Assembly: GCA_964417955.1 (NCBI GenBank)
Contig: CAYQKK010000002.1
Coordinates: 83,753-147,752, forward strand
Length of the DNA: 64,000 nucleotides
Direction of reading: 5' to 3'
Source: an uncultured Planctomycetaceae bacterium
GTDB lineage: Bacteria > Planctomycetota > UBA1135 > GCA-002686595
The notes below the pieces were generated by a model. The model was given only the letters and a program-made list of their open reading frames with translations, was not told where the DNA came from and did not search any database. The stretch's first letter is position 1. Each line of letters begins with the position of its first letter. Below, one piece after another: positions 1-10,635 of this stretch. Position numbers and translations under genes: made by a program.

Positions 1-2340
1 GTTCGCAGGCAGCCCTTCCGTAATCAGCGTGAAGTCGTTGTCGGCCACTGCATGGCTGCCAACCCCGCGGATGCTCGACGGTGAACCTGTGGAGTTCGCG
101 GCGGCCGAGCAGTAGCCGGTCCCGACGCTCCCGTCGTCGCAGTCCACGTTGAGCACACGCAAGAAGTCGACGCCAGCCTCGGTGATGGTGCCTGAGTCCA
201 TCACGGAAAAGCGAAGCCGAACGGTCGCGGACGGAACCACGAAATCAGTCACGCGGAGGGTCTCGATGACCCATTCGTCGAAGCTCGGGTGCGACACAAC
301 AGCCGTCCAGGTGGCGCCGTCGTCACCTGAGATGTCGACGAGGAGCGGCTCGCCACCCGTGCTGCTGATCCAACGCGCGTAGCTGAGATAGGGATCCGAC
401 TCGCCCGACAGGTCAAACACGCGGGAGATCAGGCGCGTGGGGCCTCCATCAACATCGGAGTTGCCGGCAACGTTGTCGGTCAAGAAGCATCGACCTGAGC
501 CGTCGAAGTCTGATGCGGGGTCGTTGCGGACACCGCCGCCAGCGGGAACAGCGGGGGCCGCGCTCCACGATCCGTCGGTCAGGCTAGGGTCGTTGACAAC
601 AGACCACCCAGCGCCGCTCTCCGCGTTGTCTACAAGAAGGGGGTTGATAGCGCACGCGCTGAAGGTGCGGGTGAAAGCGCCCGCCATCGGAGTGCCAAAC
701 GGATTCTGAAGGTTAGGCGCCACCGCCGTGAAGCGGTAGTCGCCTGCATTCGCGAAGGTCCCGGTCACCGTGAAGGTCACTTCGTTGCCCGCCACCAAGT
801 ACTCGTCCCATGAGAAAGCCACGGGTACGTCGTCCGCCGTGCCAAAGGTTCCATCAGTACCGGCGTACGCCAGGGTGAAAGAGCCCGCCGCATTGACCGT
901 CGCCGGATCCATGATCTGGTCGAAGCGAAGCGTGAATCCCGCGAGGCTACCGAGAAGCGCGCTGCCTTCGGAGGGCAGCCCCACCGCTGAGATCACGTTC
1001 GGCGCCGGCAGCGTCTGGGTCAGTGCACGGAACGAGTTCACGCGGCCGCCGCCGAGAAGTCCAGCGTAGGTCGGGTTCTGGGCGTCGATGTTCTCCGCCG
1101 TATAGGTGATCTGCGCAGCGACTTGATCCCGGGTCCACGTGGGATTGTGGGCCCAGACCAGCGCAGCCACGGCTGCTGCGTTCGGAGAGGCCATGCTCGT
1201 GCCAGACTTGAAGCCGTACGTGTCGTTCAACTCCGTGGAGAGCACATTGCCACCGGGCGCTGCGAGGTCGACACCCGTCCCGTAATTGGTGAAGCTGCTG
1301 GCTACATCACCAGCCTCCGTGCTCGCCACCAAGAAGGTCTGATGGAATGCCTGACGCGCGGGATTGAGCTGGGCTCCGTTGCCCGCTGAATTGAAGTGAA
1401 GGACACCTGCGTCATAGATGTAGTCAAACGCCGCGGTCACCACGGGATCGCCCACCCAGCCGTTGATGTTGTAGCTGGTAGTCATGATCTGTGCGCCGTT
1501 GTCCGCTCCGTAGGTGAAGGCCTCGGCGATGTCTACAGCGGTCCATGCCTGGCCAGAGGAGAAGAACTGCAGGGGCATCATCGTCGTGTCGCCGGCCGTT
1601 CCCGCCACACCGAGGTTGTTGTTCGTCTTGGCGGCCACGATTCCGCTGACGTGGGTGCCGTGGTCGTCCCCGGTGCTGTTCGGGTTCGCATCGGGAACGT
1701 CGAAGACGAAGTCGAAACCGTTGACGTCATCAATAAAACCGTTGCCGTCGTTGTCGATCCCATCCCCAGGCGTCTCGCCGGAGTTCACAAAAAGGTTGTC
1801 CACCAGATCCTCGTGATCGGTGTCCATGCCATCGTCCGTGACAGCAACGATGATGCTCGCGTCACCGAGGGTAATGTCCCAGGCGAGGTCGTTCTCCATC
1901 AGCGGGTGGTGATACTGGCTGCCGTACTGGGTGTCGTTCGGGACGAGCTCTTTCACTTCACCTACGTAGCCGACGTTTGGCACGGCCCAGCGAACGCCGG
2001 GCATCGAGCTGATCTGCTGGCGCAGCGCTGCTTCGTCGACGCCAGAGCCCGACACCTCAAGCACCGTGACGTTGGAGAACACGGTCTCACCGCGCCGCTG
2101 CCAACGCATCAGAGTGCGGACGCTGTCGATGTTGAGCGAACTGTCCACCGACTTGAGCCCCCAGCCTGCGACCTGACTCTCGAGGTCGACCGCATCGGGT
2201 CCAGATTCGAAGCAAACGACGATTTGACCTGGCATCTCAATGCGCTCGGCTTCCGTCATCTGCGCCGAGGCGGCAACTGGAAAAGCGAGGGATGAGAGTA
2301 GGCAGGCGGAAGCAACAGATAGGGGGATAGGCAGTTTCAT
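1..2340 (-). CDS. Secreted S8 (subtilisin-like) serine peptidase with C-terminal two-Cys module; 3' end runs off the window
   Basis: Not in the ORF track; translated by hand from ATG at 2340: MKLPIPLSVASACLLSSLAFPVAASAQ signal peptide. Catalytic motifs IVAVTDDG (~1840), DHGTHVSGIVAA (~1650) and GTSMASP (~1195). Bases 1-126 encode VGTGYCSAAANSTGSPSSIRGVGSHAVADNDFTL. Confidence 0.9.
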   Translation of the reverse strand, partial: MKLPIPLSVASACLLSSLAFPVAASAQMTEAERIEMPGQIVVCFESGPDAVDLESQVAGWGLKSVDSSLNIDSVRTLMRWQRRGETVFSNVTVLEVSGSGVDEAALRQQISSMPGVRWAVPNVGYVGEVKELVPNDTQYGSQYHHPLMENDLAWDITLGDASIIVAVTDDGMDTDHEDLVDNLFVNSGETPGDGIDNDGNGFIDDVNGFDFVFDVPDANPNSTGDDHGTHVSGIVAAKTNNNLGVAGTAGDTTMMPLQFFSSGQAWTAVDIAEAFTYGADNGAQIMTTSYNINGWVGDPVVTAAFDYIYDAGVLHFNSAGNGAQLNPARQAFHQTFLVASTEAGDVASSFTNYGTGVDLAAPGGNVLSTELNDTYGFKSGTSMASPNAAAVAALVWAHNPTWTRDQVAAQITYTAENIDAQNPTYAGLLGGGRVNSFRALTQTLPAPNVISAVGLPSEGSALLGSLAGFTLRFDQIMDPATVNAAGSFTLAYAGTDGTFGTADDVPVAFSWDEYLVAGNEVTFTVTGTFANAGDYRFTAVAPNLQNPFGTPMAGAFTRTFSACAINPLLVDNAESGAGWSVVNDPSLTDGSWSAAPAVPAGGGVRNDPASDFDGSGRCFLTDNVAGNSDVDGGPTRLISRVFDLSGESDPYLSYARWISSTGGEPLLVDISGDDGATWTAVVSHPSFDEWVIETLRVTDFVVPSATVRLRFSVMDSGTITEAGVDFLRVLNVDCDDGSVGTGYCSAAANSTGSPSSIRGVGSHAVADNDFTLITEGLPAN

Positions 2341-2384
2341 CGCCGCATCGTAGGGGGAGCCCGGCGATTTCGACAGTCACTGTT

Positions 2385-3839
2385 CTACCCGAACTCTGTG
2401 CGCTCATTCCGACACTGCAACCCTGCCTCCAAGATGGCTGCGACTAAGTGATCCAGATCCGCTTCTTCCGTTCTCCAGTTCGAGATGGCCGGGCGAAAAA
2501 TGACGCGACTTCGATAGCGCGTCGTGCCGACGTAAACCTTGCCGTCAGCGAGGACTTGAGCAGCCGCTTCCTCGTTGAGAGCATCTAGGTCTCGCTTCCG
2601 AACGCCACGGGGGGCCAAACGAAATGGAACCACATTGAGGTGCGGTTCGTCGACCAGCTCTAGGTCGTCGTGGGCTGCGACCTGTTCCGCAAGGTACTTC
2701 GCCAGCCGTAGGTGTTTGTCCACCATGGCAGCGACCCCGCTGCGGCCCGACGCGAGGAGCGTGGCAAAGACGGGCAGCGCCCGCGCTCGGCGACTGCATT
2801 CGGGCCCGAGGTTTGCGGGGACGCGGCGCCGCGTGGCGCCCTGCGGAGTCTTCGGCAAGTAGTCCGCCACCATGCGGAACGACTTGGCGAGGAGCGAGCG
2901 CTCGCGCACGAACGCGAACCCGCAGTCGTAGGGCACGTTCAACCATTTGTGCGCGTCGGAGGCAATCGAGTCAGCGCGCTCGATCCCTCGGCATCGGGCC
3001 CGCGTCTCTGGATCGGAACTCGCGCGTGCGAACAGCCCGAAGGCGCCGTCGACATGAAGCCAAGCCCCGTGCAATCGGCATAGGTCCGCTAGCTCGTCGA
3101 TCGGGTCAAAGCGGCCAGCGTTGACCTCACCGGCGGTGGCCACGACGATCGCGGGGCCGCTCGACGTAGGCAGCGACTCAAGCCGCGCAGCGAACGCCGC
3201 GAGGTCGACGCTCCCACGATTGTCTGCAGTGAATGTCTCGATGGAGCGACGGCCGACCCCCACCATCGCAAGGGACTTCACTACGCTCGCGTGAACATAG
3301 CCGCCCGTGAGAACTACGGGACGGGGCAGCCCCGCAAGGCCCTCTTCCGCGACGTCCACCCCGTGGGCCATCCCCCACCACTGACGCGCGGCGCTGAGCC
3401 CCACGAAACTCGCCATCGTCGCACCGGTCGTGAACTGCCCCGTCCAGTCCTCGGGCGCGCCGAGGTCAAAGAGCTCGATCAGCCACTGGGTCGCAAGCTC
3501 TTCAAGGTCGACGGCGAGGGGTGAGCCCAGTGCGGAAGAGGCGACCTGGTCCAGCGCCGATGCATACCAGTCCGCTCCGAGGGCCGCTGGTGTGGCGCCG
3601 CCCACCACGTAGTGGAAGTAGCGCGGGCCCGTGCTCCCCATGGCGCGCTCGCGAGCGCGGGCCTCTAGCTCTCGAATTGCGACCGCGGCGCCCACGCCCG
3701 TCTCGGGCAACGGAACAGGGTCGGGCGCCTCGCCTGAGCGCGGTGCCACGGGGGCATTCGAGAGTCCCTCCAACCACTGGAGCGACGCTTTCAGCGCTGC
3801 TCGGAGCACCTCCTCCATCTCTGTTCCGTCGACGCTCAT
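2385..3839 (-). CDS. Group II PLP-dependent amino-acid decarboxylase
   Basis: 484 aa; FTTGATMA, VATAGEVNAGRFD, WLHVDGAFG and the PLP-lysine motif SDAHKWLNVPYDCG. Confidence 0.9.
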   Translation of the reverse strand: MSVDGTEMEEVLRAALKASLQWLEGLSNAPVAPRSGEAPDPVPLPETGVGAAVAIRELEARARERAMGSTGPRYFHYVVGGATPAALGADWYASALDQVASSALGSPLAVDLEELATQWLIELFDLGAPEDWTGQFTTGATMASFVGLSAARQWWGMAHGVDVAEEGLAGLPRPVVLTGGYVHASVVKSLAMVGVGRRSIETFTADNRGSVDLAAFAARLESLPTSSGPAIVVATAGEVNAGRFDPIDELADLCRLHGAWLHVDGAFGLFARASSDPETRARCRGIERADSIASDAHKWLNVPYDCGFAFVRERSLLAKSFRMVADYLPKTPQGATRRRVPANLGPECSRRARALPVFATLLASGRSGVAAMVDKHLRLAKYLAEQVAAHDDLELVDEPHLNVVPFRLAPRGVRKRDLDALNEEAAAQVLADGKVYVGTTRYRSRVIFRPAISNWRTEEADLDHLVAAILEAGLQCRNERTEFG

Positions 3840-3844
3840 GATCT

Positions 3845-4012
3845 CAAGTGCTCCGGATCAGAAGTTCGTTGAATTGGTTTCAGTCACTTTCGTTTCGTAG
3901 CAAGGCGTCCGAACCGCAGCGCGTAGCAGTAGTTCCGTCCAAGGTTCGGCAACGCAGCTACGGAGCGAAAGGGGCGAAACGAATTCAACGAACTTCTGAT
4001 TCGGGGCACTAG
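3845..4012 (+). mobile_element. 168-bp long-hairpin element, copy 1 (MITE-like or structured RNA)
   Basis: Imperfect inverted repeat 3845-3901 / 3957-4012 bounded by CAAG...CTAG; core AAGGCG-t-CCGAACC...GGTTCGG-CAACGCA shared with the copy at 18458. Confidence 0.6.
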
Positions 4013-4180
4013 CCCCATTGTTTCTCATGGTGGAACAGGGGGCACCCAGTATGAACCCCAAGGCGAGGTGGACGGAGACCATTCTTCATTCGGATAGCTA
4101 GACCCAGGCGTCGAAGAGAAAGGATGTCGCTGGGCGCCAGGCCTAGGGACGGCCCTGGAACCCAGACAGACTGAATCGCG

Positions 4181-5242
4181 ATGAACACGGCTAGCTCCCA
4201 CTTCGAATCCGCCCCCGTCCCGTCAGCGATCACGATCGAGCGCCTGATGGCATCCCTGGTCGGCGACATCCGAGCCCACGGGATCCAGCGGGCTCTCGTC
4301 TTCCCAGAGGGTGAGGATCGGGGCGCTGTCTCGCGCGCAGAGTTAGCGCTCGCCCTTGCGGGGCTGCTCTTCGAGGACGTCCAGCGCCGCGTGCCCATGG
4401 CTCGCGCCTACGTCGAGGATTCAGTGAACGCCGGCCACGCTTTGACCTTCGACCACGGCGCGCTACGCACGGTCGCCAGCAACTGCGGAAGCCTGCCCTC
4501 GGGCGCCGAGGCCTTCGCTCGGATCCTCGAGCCCCTCGGCTACCGCCGGGTAGGCACCTACGATCTCTCCAAGATCCACATGACGGGCTTCTCGTACTGT
4601 CACGAGGACTTGCCCGAGGCGATCCCCCAGTACTTCGTCTCAGAGCTGCACCCCGAGCGCTTCTCCGACAACTTCCAGGCGGCGGCAGCCCGGGTCGTGG
4701 GCGAGAGCCAGGACCCGCTGACCCCGGAAGCGATGGACATTCTGGAGCGCCTCAGCCGCGCCGGTTCCCTAGAGATGGACGACGCCCGCCGCGTCCTCCC
4801 CGAGCTCTTCGCCGCCTTCGATCGACAGCACGAGGAGCCGACGGTCGAAGACTATGAGACTCTTCTCGCGGAGAGCGCCGAGATGGCGTGGATCTCCACC
4901 GAGGGCAATGCGTTCAACCACGCCACCGATCGCGTAGACGATGTCTTCGCCGTCGCAGAGGGCCAGAAGGCGCTGGGACGACCGATCAAGGAGGCCGTCG
5001 AGGTTTCGCGCAACGGCAACGTGCTGCAGACAGCGTTCCGGGCCGCGATGACCCAGCGTCTCTTCCGCTCCGCCGCCGGCCACATGGTCGTGCGCGAAGT
5101 CCCCGGATCGTTTCACGAGTTCATCACGCGCAAGACGCTGCCGAGCGGCGAGCTGGACCTCACCTTTGACGCTGGCAACGCCACGTCGATCTTCAAGATG
5201 ACCGCAGGTACGGAAGCAGCGGGGCAGCAAGAGTCCGCCTAA
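4181..5242 (+). CDS. DUF1338 family protein (2-oxoadipate dioxygenase/decarboxylase, HglS/YdcJ-like)
   Basis: TFDHGALRTV, PQYFVSELH, WISTEGNAFNHATDRV and FHEFITR motifs typical of DUF1338. Confidence 0.75.
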   Translation: MNTASSHFESAPVPSAITIERLMASLVGDIRAHGIQRALVFPEGEDRGAVSRAELALALAGLLFEDVQRRVPMARAYVEDSVNAGHALTFDHGALRTVASNCGSLPSGAEAFARILEPLGYRRVGTYDLSKIHMTGFSYCHEDLPEAIPQYFVSELHPERFSDNFQAAAARVVGESQDPLTPEAMDILERLSRAGSLEMDDARRVLPELFAAFDRQHEEPTVEDYETLLAESAEMAWISTEGNAFNHATDRVDDVFAVAEGQKALGRPIKEAVEVSRNGNVLQTAFRAAMTQRLFRSAAGHMVVREVPGSFHEFITRKTLPSGELDLTFDAGNATSIFKMTAGTEAAGQQESA

Positions 5243-5304
5243 CCGTCACGTCCCCAGGCAGAACCAGGCCCCGCTCGTACTCCCGCCAGTTCGTGGCGCG
5301 ATAA

Positions 5305-8004
5305 CTACTCCAGCTGGACTGTGGCGTTGCCGCCACCCAAGAGCTCTACTTCGCCGGCGTACTCCGCCCTTGGACCTTCGTTCGTGCCGAAGACGGCTTC
5401 GCCGGTGCCGATGCGATTGGGCGCAATGCGTTCGTCAAAGATGGATGCGCTGACCGTCCAACTTCCCGGGGCCACCCTTCCTAGGCGCCAACCGCGCGTG
5501 GCTTCATCGTATTCGACGCCAAAGCCCTCCTCGATCTCACCATCATCAAAGCCGATCGTCACGAGGGACCGAATCCGAGCTTCGCTCTTGGACACGAGCT
5601 TGATGCGCAAGCTTCCGTGCTCTGGGAGCTTGGCATCTTCGGGGAGCACGACCGTGACCGTGGCCGTCTCAAACGCCACTCTCTCGTCGACGGCCATGCC
5701 CAGGCTCATGTCCAACCTGGTGGTGGGGTGCGCGATCACCGACCAGCTATTGATGTGCAGGACTGGAATTCGCCTTCCACGCGCTCGGCCGTAGGCTGAT
5801 AGGCGGCCCTCTGCATCGGTGCGACCGACGTATGCCTCGTACGTCTCGTTGAAGTCCATGGTGAGGCGGTTGGGCCAGAAGTCCTCATCGACGAGGCGTA
5901 CTTCGATGCCCGGTACCGGCTCGCCGTCCAGCTCGATCTGAAGCTTGACCGGCACGATGTGGAAGTCGGTCAGGTCCATGGAGACCTGCACTTCACCGCC
6001 TGCTGGCACGTTCACCTCTAGGTTTCCACCCATGATGAAATCCTGGCGCAGCGCTCCCTGCCGGATCGTTCGAAGCCCAGCCGGAACTCCTTCCATTCGA
6101 AAGGAGCCGTCGGCCGCCACCTTAGCCGTGGGGAGCCCGACGAGATCGACGACCTCAATGAAGAGGTTCGTGGCGTCGATCGCTGGGTTCACCTGGACCT
6201 GGCCAACGATCGTGCCGCCCTGGACGAGCTCTAGATTGCCGAGGTCTGTGACCTCACCGAACCGCACGTTCACGGGTGGGATGCCCAGCGAATTCGCCTC
6301 TGACTGGGTCAGGACCGTGTAGCGACCCGGTGCAAGGTCGAGGACCGCAAACTCTCCGGTCTCGCTGTCCGCGGCCACTTCGGTGACCTGACCTTTCCTT
6401 TGCAGCGTCACGAAGAGATTGCCTTCCACCGGCGCGCGAGTCACGGACACGGTCGCGGCGGTGGGCGCTCCCGCTGTGGTCACTCGCCCCTTGATAGAGC
6501 CACCGCGGGACATAGAAATCGGCTGTAAGATATCCTCGGCCCCAGGCGTCTTGAACTGAGCGGGGCTGACGACGGGCCGTGTGACGCCGTCCACCCAGGT
6601 TGCGCCGGCGAGGTCGGCGTAGCGAATTGGATAGCCCTCCGCCGCAACGACCAAGAGGTCCCGGCCAGGCCGCCCAAAGACCTCGACGTAGCCGCCTTTG
6701 ACTTTTCTTACGCGAGGTTCGGAGCGCCGCCCAAATTCAGGCGCGTTCGCCTTCGAGCCACCGTCCCTCACGAGTAGCACACCGAACTCTTCCAGCGGCT
6801 CACCGGAAGCTTCGTCCACTGCGGTCACTCTCACGCGGGCAAGCGGCTTGAGCGTCAGGGTGACCCCGTCCTGAGTTCCAGCGATGCGCAAAGCCTGCGC
6901 AGCCGCGGATCGATACTCCGCGTGCCGCGGCGTGAGGTCGAACGCGAGGTTTGTAGGCAATGTCAGCTCGAAGTCACCGGACTCATCCGTGCGGGCCGAG
7001 GCGGACTTTGCGGACCTTGGACGTCCGACGGGTTCTGCCGTGACCGTGGCACCGGGCACGGGCTCGAGGTCGCTTGTCACGACACGTCCTCGAACGATGG
7101 GAGCGCTGAAGAGCTGCAGGCGTAGCGCCTCTAGCTCGGAGCCAGCGGCAACGGAAACTTCCAAAGGCGGCGAGTCCATCAGCCCATCGGCACTCGCTTG
7201 CAGGCGCCACTCCCCAGGGACGAGATGGCCCATGGAGAACGTGCCGTTCTCGTCCGTCTCCAGTTGGATGCGGTTCTCATCGTCAGAGGGCATCAAGAGA
7301 ACGCGCGCCTTCGGAATAGCATCGCCGGTTTCAGACACGACGGCTCCAGAGGCAGCGCCACACGGGACGAGGACGAGGTCTCCGAGCTCGCGGAGGCCGC
7401 CCTCGAGCGGCGCGGCACGGGTGCTCCCCTTGCCGAAGACGACGCTGGCGTAGCTGAAGAGAGGTCCTGCGCTGATGAAGAGCTCAGCTCGCTTCGCACT
7501 GGGCACCGGCGCATCGAGGACGAACTGACCTGTGGCGTCCGTCATCGCTTCGAAGCCAACCCAGCGTTCTTGACGCCGCGGTCCGAACTCGCCGAACTCG
7601 AGGGCTTCCTTCTCCTTGCTCCAACGACGCTTTGCCCCGAGTCGGCAGGTGAGGCCGGATAGCGGATTCCCGTTGGTGTCCAGGACCCGGCCTGTGACCG
7701 CGCACCGCCCGTCTGCCACTTCCACGGCGACTGAAGAAGACCCTGAAGAAGCCGCTACCACCGGCTGAATCGAGCGATCCTGCCCAACATCTCCAACGCC
7801 TTCCGAAGGTGCGAGTTCCGCGAGCGTAGCCATTGAATCTTCAGCGGGCCGCGGATCCACGAACTCCGCCGGGGAGACCGTGGAAGTCGACTCCGCGGGG
7901 AGCCGCCCCTCGACGGGTTCACTCTTGCCGAGGAGCTGATGGGCGACCACAGCGCTCGCGACGACGCCCACCAACAAGACAACCCGCTTGATCTTCGAGC
8001 TCAT
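5305..8004 (-). CDS. Membrane-anchored protein with repeated carboxypeptidase-regulatory-like (beta-sandwich) domains
   Basis: N-terminal TM segment (RVVLLVGVVASAVVA), then repeats of the form G-R-V-x-D-x-x-G-x-P...TD-x-x-G-x-F. Confidence 0.75.
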   Translation of the reverse strand: MSSKIKRVVLLVGVVASAVVAHQLLGKSEPVEGRLPAESTSTVSPAEFVDPRPAEDSMATLAELAPSEGVGDVGQDRSIQPVVAASSGSSSVAVEVADGRCAVTGRVLDTNGNPLSGLTCRLGAKRRWSKEKEALEFGEFGPRRQERWVGFEAMTDATGQFVLDAPVPSAKRAELFISAGPLFSYASVVFGKGSTRAAPLEGGLRELGDLVLVPCGAASGAVVSETGDAIPKARVLLMPSDDENRIQLETDENGTFSMGHLVPGEWRLQASADGLMDSPPLEVSVAAGSELEALRLQLFSAPIVRGRVVTSDLEPVPGATVTAEPVGRPRSAKSASARTDESGDFELTLPTNLAFDLTPRHAEYRSAAAQALRIAGTQDGVTLTLKPLARVRVTAVDEASGEPLEEFGVLLVRDGGSKANAPEFGRRSEPRVRKVKGGYVEVFGRPGRDLLVVAAEGYPIRYADLAGATWVDGVTRPVVSPAQFKTPGAEDILQPISMSRGGSIKGRVTTAGAPTAATVSVTRAPVEGNLFVTLQRKGQVTEVAADSETGEFAVLDLAPGRYTVLTQSEANSLGIPPVNVRFGEVTDLGNLELVQGGTIVGQVQVNPAIDATNLFIEVVDLVGLPTAKVAADGSFRMEGVPAGLRTIRQGALRQDFIMGGNLEVNVPAGGEVQVSMDLTDFHIVPVKLQIELDGEPVPGIEVRLVDEDFWPNRLTMDFNETYEAYVGRTDAEGRLSAYGRARGRRIPVLHINSWSVIAHPTTRLDMSLGMAVDERVAFETATVTVVLPEDAKLPEHGSLRIKLVSKSEARIRSLVTIGFDDGEIEEGFGVEYDEATRGWRLGRVAPGSWTVSASIFDERIAPNRIGTGEAVFGTNEGPRAEYAGEVELLGGGNATVQLE

Positions 8005-8133
8005 AGCTCAAGTGTATCCGTCGCCCTCCGAATGCGGGCGTGGCTGCTGTTGGTTGGCCGTCTCTGGCGCCGAAGGTCGATCGAGGCTCCGTCTCGACTA
8101 ACGTTCGCTGAACTCAGGGCAACGTCGCGCCCG

Positions 8134-9153
8134 CTACTTACGCCGCAGCGTCTCCCACGTCTTTGACAGCCCGTGCAGGGCGCGAGCAGGCAGGTCCCGC
8201 AGCCTCTTTGGGGGCATGCGAACGCGCGAAGGGAGCGGACGCGGATAAGTCTGCACGTTCCTCGCAGCGCCGAGCGCAACATCACGGCCGCGGTAGCGCG
8301 GCGTGACGAATGAGTCCGTGGCAATGTCGATGACTTCGCGGAAGCAGAGCCTGCCCGCCACCAGATCCGACGCCATCGGCAGGTAGTAAAGCCCCTCGTC
8401 GAAGTAGTAGTGCGTCACCTGACTCTTGCGCGTCGACTTGGGATCGGAAACCGCGCTGCCGCCGTGGAACAGGTTGGCGCTCCACACGATCGCCTGTCCC
8501 TTGCGCACCGTCATCGGCTGCGCTTCGTAGCCTGAGCTCGCCAGGATGTCGCGCACCTTGACCTCGTAGCCGCCGTACGCCTCGGAGCGTGCGTCGAGCC
8601 CAAGATCTGTCATCTCGTACGTCGGCAGGCGGTGGCTACCGGGGTACACGACAAGGGGGCCGCTGCCGGCCTCAATGTCTTCCAAGGCGAACCACACGCC
8701 GCACATGAAGTGGCGCGGCACACAGTGGAAGTGAATCGTGTCGCTGTGCGCAGCCTGCTCGGTCCCGTGCTCGAAGTTCAGTGTTTGGAACGGGATGGGA
8801 CGCCGCTGGTAGAGGGCCGCAAGTCGGTCGAGAACCTTCGGATGCGCCGCGAGTTCAGCCACGGCGTCCGACGTATACCACGCCTCGACCACGCGGTTCC
8901 CGGCGTCCGCGTGCATCGGGCCCACATCGCTGAGCACGCGCGCGGCGAGGTCATCGAACTCATCGATGTCGAGGTCGAGCACCACGTAGCCGTCGCGCGC
9001 CAGCTTGCTCAGATCCTCGGCATCGCGGCCCCGCAGCGCGCCGCTCTGCAGGAACTCGTCCAGAAAGGGCGAGTCGTGCGGCGGTACGTCGAGACCACGT
9101 AGGCGTTCGGGCGATTTAGGAGACACGGGATCGATTGAACAAGAGTCCATCAC
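8134..9153 (-). CDS. Phytanoyl-CoA dioxygenase (PhyH) family Fe(II)/2-oxoglutarate dioxygenase
   Basis: HSDTIHF (HxD), GVWFALEDI, GPLVVYPGSH, LFHGGS, RKSQVTHY; 9 bp downstream of the sulfatase. Confidence 0.85.
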   Translation of the reverse strand: MMDSCSIDPVSPKSPERLRGLDVPPHDSPFLDEFLQSGALRGRDAEDLSKLARDGYVVLDLDIDEFDDLAARVLSDVGPMHADAGNRVVEAWYTSDAVAELAAHPKVLDRLAALYQRRPIPFQTLNFEHGTEQAAHSDTIHFHCVPRHFMCGVWFALEDIEAGSGPLVVYPGSHRLPTYEMTDLGLDARSEAYGGYEVKVRDILASSGYEAQPMTVRKGQAIVWSANLFHGGSAVSDPKSTRKSQVTHYYFDEGLYYLPMASDLVAGRLCFREVIDIATDSFVTPRYRGRDVALGAARNVQTYPRPLPSRVRMPPKRLRDLPARALHGLSKTWETLRRK

Positions 9154-9162
9154 GGTAGCTGA

Positions 9163-10635
9163 TCAGTCCAGCCGTGAGCTGTCCGAGGACCGCGCGGCGT
9201 TGATCTTCTTCTGTAGTTCGCCGCTTCGATCGCGGTGCGACTCGACGAGATTCGCGGACTCGAAGGGGTCGTCGCACACGTTGTAGAGTGCCCGCACGAC
9301 ACTTGAAGAATCTCGCCTCAACCCTTCACCGCTGGTGGGGACGCCTTCAACATACTTCCAGTCACCCTCCCGGATGGCAAATGTGCCGAGGAGGCAGCGG
9401 GTGACAAAGGGTGCTGCATCGGTGCGGTCCATGGGCTCTCCCAGGCAGGCAGGGTAGACGCTCACGCTGTCCTCTGCGCCGTTGGTCTTGTCTGGAAGCG
9501 GTAGCTCCAAGGCCTCGGCCACGGTGGCGAAGGTGTCCACTAGATTGACACGAGTATCGGTGACGCGGGGCAAAAGCCTGCCGGGCCAACTGACGACGTA
9601 TGGCACAGCCGTACCGCCATCTTCAATCATGCCTTTTCCGCCGCGTACGTTGCCGTTGTACTCCAACCCGGCTTGGCGAGCTAGGTAGCCGAAGTAGTTG
9701 TGCTTGCGCCGACGTGACGTTTCGTCACTCTCGTCACCGCGGACTCCACCATTGTCCGAGGTGAAGATAAAGAGCGTGTTCTCGCTGCGTCCGCTTCGAT
9801 CGAGCGCGTCCATCAGCTGACCAAGGCTCCAGTCAACGTCCTGGATATACTCGGCATAGGGCCCGGCCTTGCACGTTCCGGTGAATCGCGCGGAGGGGGT
9901 GATTGGTTCGTGCACGGCCGTGGCAGCGAAGTAGAGGAAGACTGGCTTCTCCTCGGGCTGTGCGTCCAGCCAAGTCACGGCCTTCTCTACCAGCCGGTCC
10001 ATCACCTCTTCGTCCACGCGCTGCGGTGCATCGATTCCAAGGAACTTGCGTCCGTAGGTCGACGCCCTGGCAATGGGAACGATCTTGTCCGACCGTTTCC
10101 CCCAGACCGAGTCTCCTTCAAGGTAGATGCCGCTCTTGTCACCGTGGTTGTTGGGCACGCCAAAGAAGTAGTCGAAGCCCACAGCAAGCGGGCCTGAACG
10201 CGAGGGCCCAAACAGTCGCTTGGGATGGCTCTCTCCACGACCGAAACCGAGGTGCCACTTGCCGATGATCGCCGTCGTGTAGCCCTGCTCTCCTAGGAAT
10301 GTCGCGATCGTCGGACGCTCGGCATCAATCGCGAGCGGGTCGGTGACCTTCACTAAGCTGGAGTTCCGATTCTTGCGCCAGTAGTAGCGCCCCGTGAGCA
10401 GGCCGTAGCGCGAGGGCGAGCAGACCGCCGACGGAGAATGGGCGCGGGTGAACCGCACGCCGGACTTTGCCAACCGGTCAATGTTCGGTGTCGCGAGCAG
10501 GTCTGCGGGAGCGCCGTAGCATCCGGCGCTGCCTCGCCCAAGATCATCCGCGAGGAAGATCACCACATTGGGTCGATCTGTCGTCAATTGAGCAGACGCC
10601 AGCAACGCTAGACCGATGCAACCAGTGATCACCAT
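9163..10635 (-). CDS. Sulfatase (arylsulfatase A family)
   Basis: PNVVIFLADDLG, formylglycine motif CSPSRYGLLTGRY, IGKWHLG, TSDNG. Start at 10635 (MVITGCIGLALLASAQ signal) is preferred over the ORF-track start at 10773. Confidence 0.9.
   Translation of the reverse strand: MVITGCIGLALLASAQLTTDRPNVVIFLADDLGRGSAGCYGAPADLLATPNIDRLAKSGVRFTRAHSPSAVCSPSRYGLLTGRYYWRKNRNSSLVKVTDPLAIDAERPTIATFLGEQGYTTAIIGKWHLGFGRGESHPKRLFGPSRSGPLAVGFDYFFGVPNNHGDKSGIYLEGDSVWGKRSDKIVPIARASTYGRKFLGIDAPQRVDEEVMDRLVEKAVTWLDAQPEEKPVFLYFAATAVHEPITPSARFTGTCKAGPYAEYIQDVDWSLGQLMDALDRSGRSENTLFIFTSDNGGVRGDESDETSRRRKHNYFGYLARQAGLEYNGNVRGGKGMIEDGGTAVPYVVSWPGRLLPRVTDTRVNLVDTFATVAEALELPLPDKTNGAEDSVSVYPACLGEPMDRTDAAPFVTRCLLGTFAIREGDWKYVEGVPTSGEGLRRDSSSVVRALYNVCDDPFESANLVESHRDRSGELQKKINAARSSDSSRLD

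Noticed and set aside
1396-2295. 299-aa plus-strand ORF in the track
   Set aside because: Antisense shadow of the S8 peptidase, which has a full catalytic triad on the minus strand but is missing from the track because it runs off the window
3845-4012. Rho-independent terminator or tRNA reading of the long hairpins
   Set aside because: Stems are far too long, lie upstream of divergent genes, have no U tract and show no cloverleaf or T-loop
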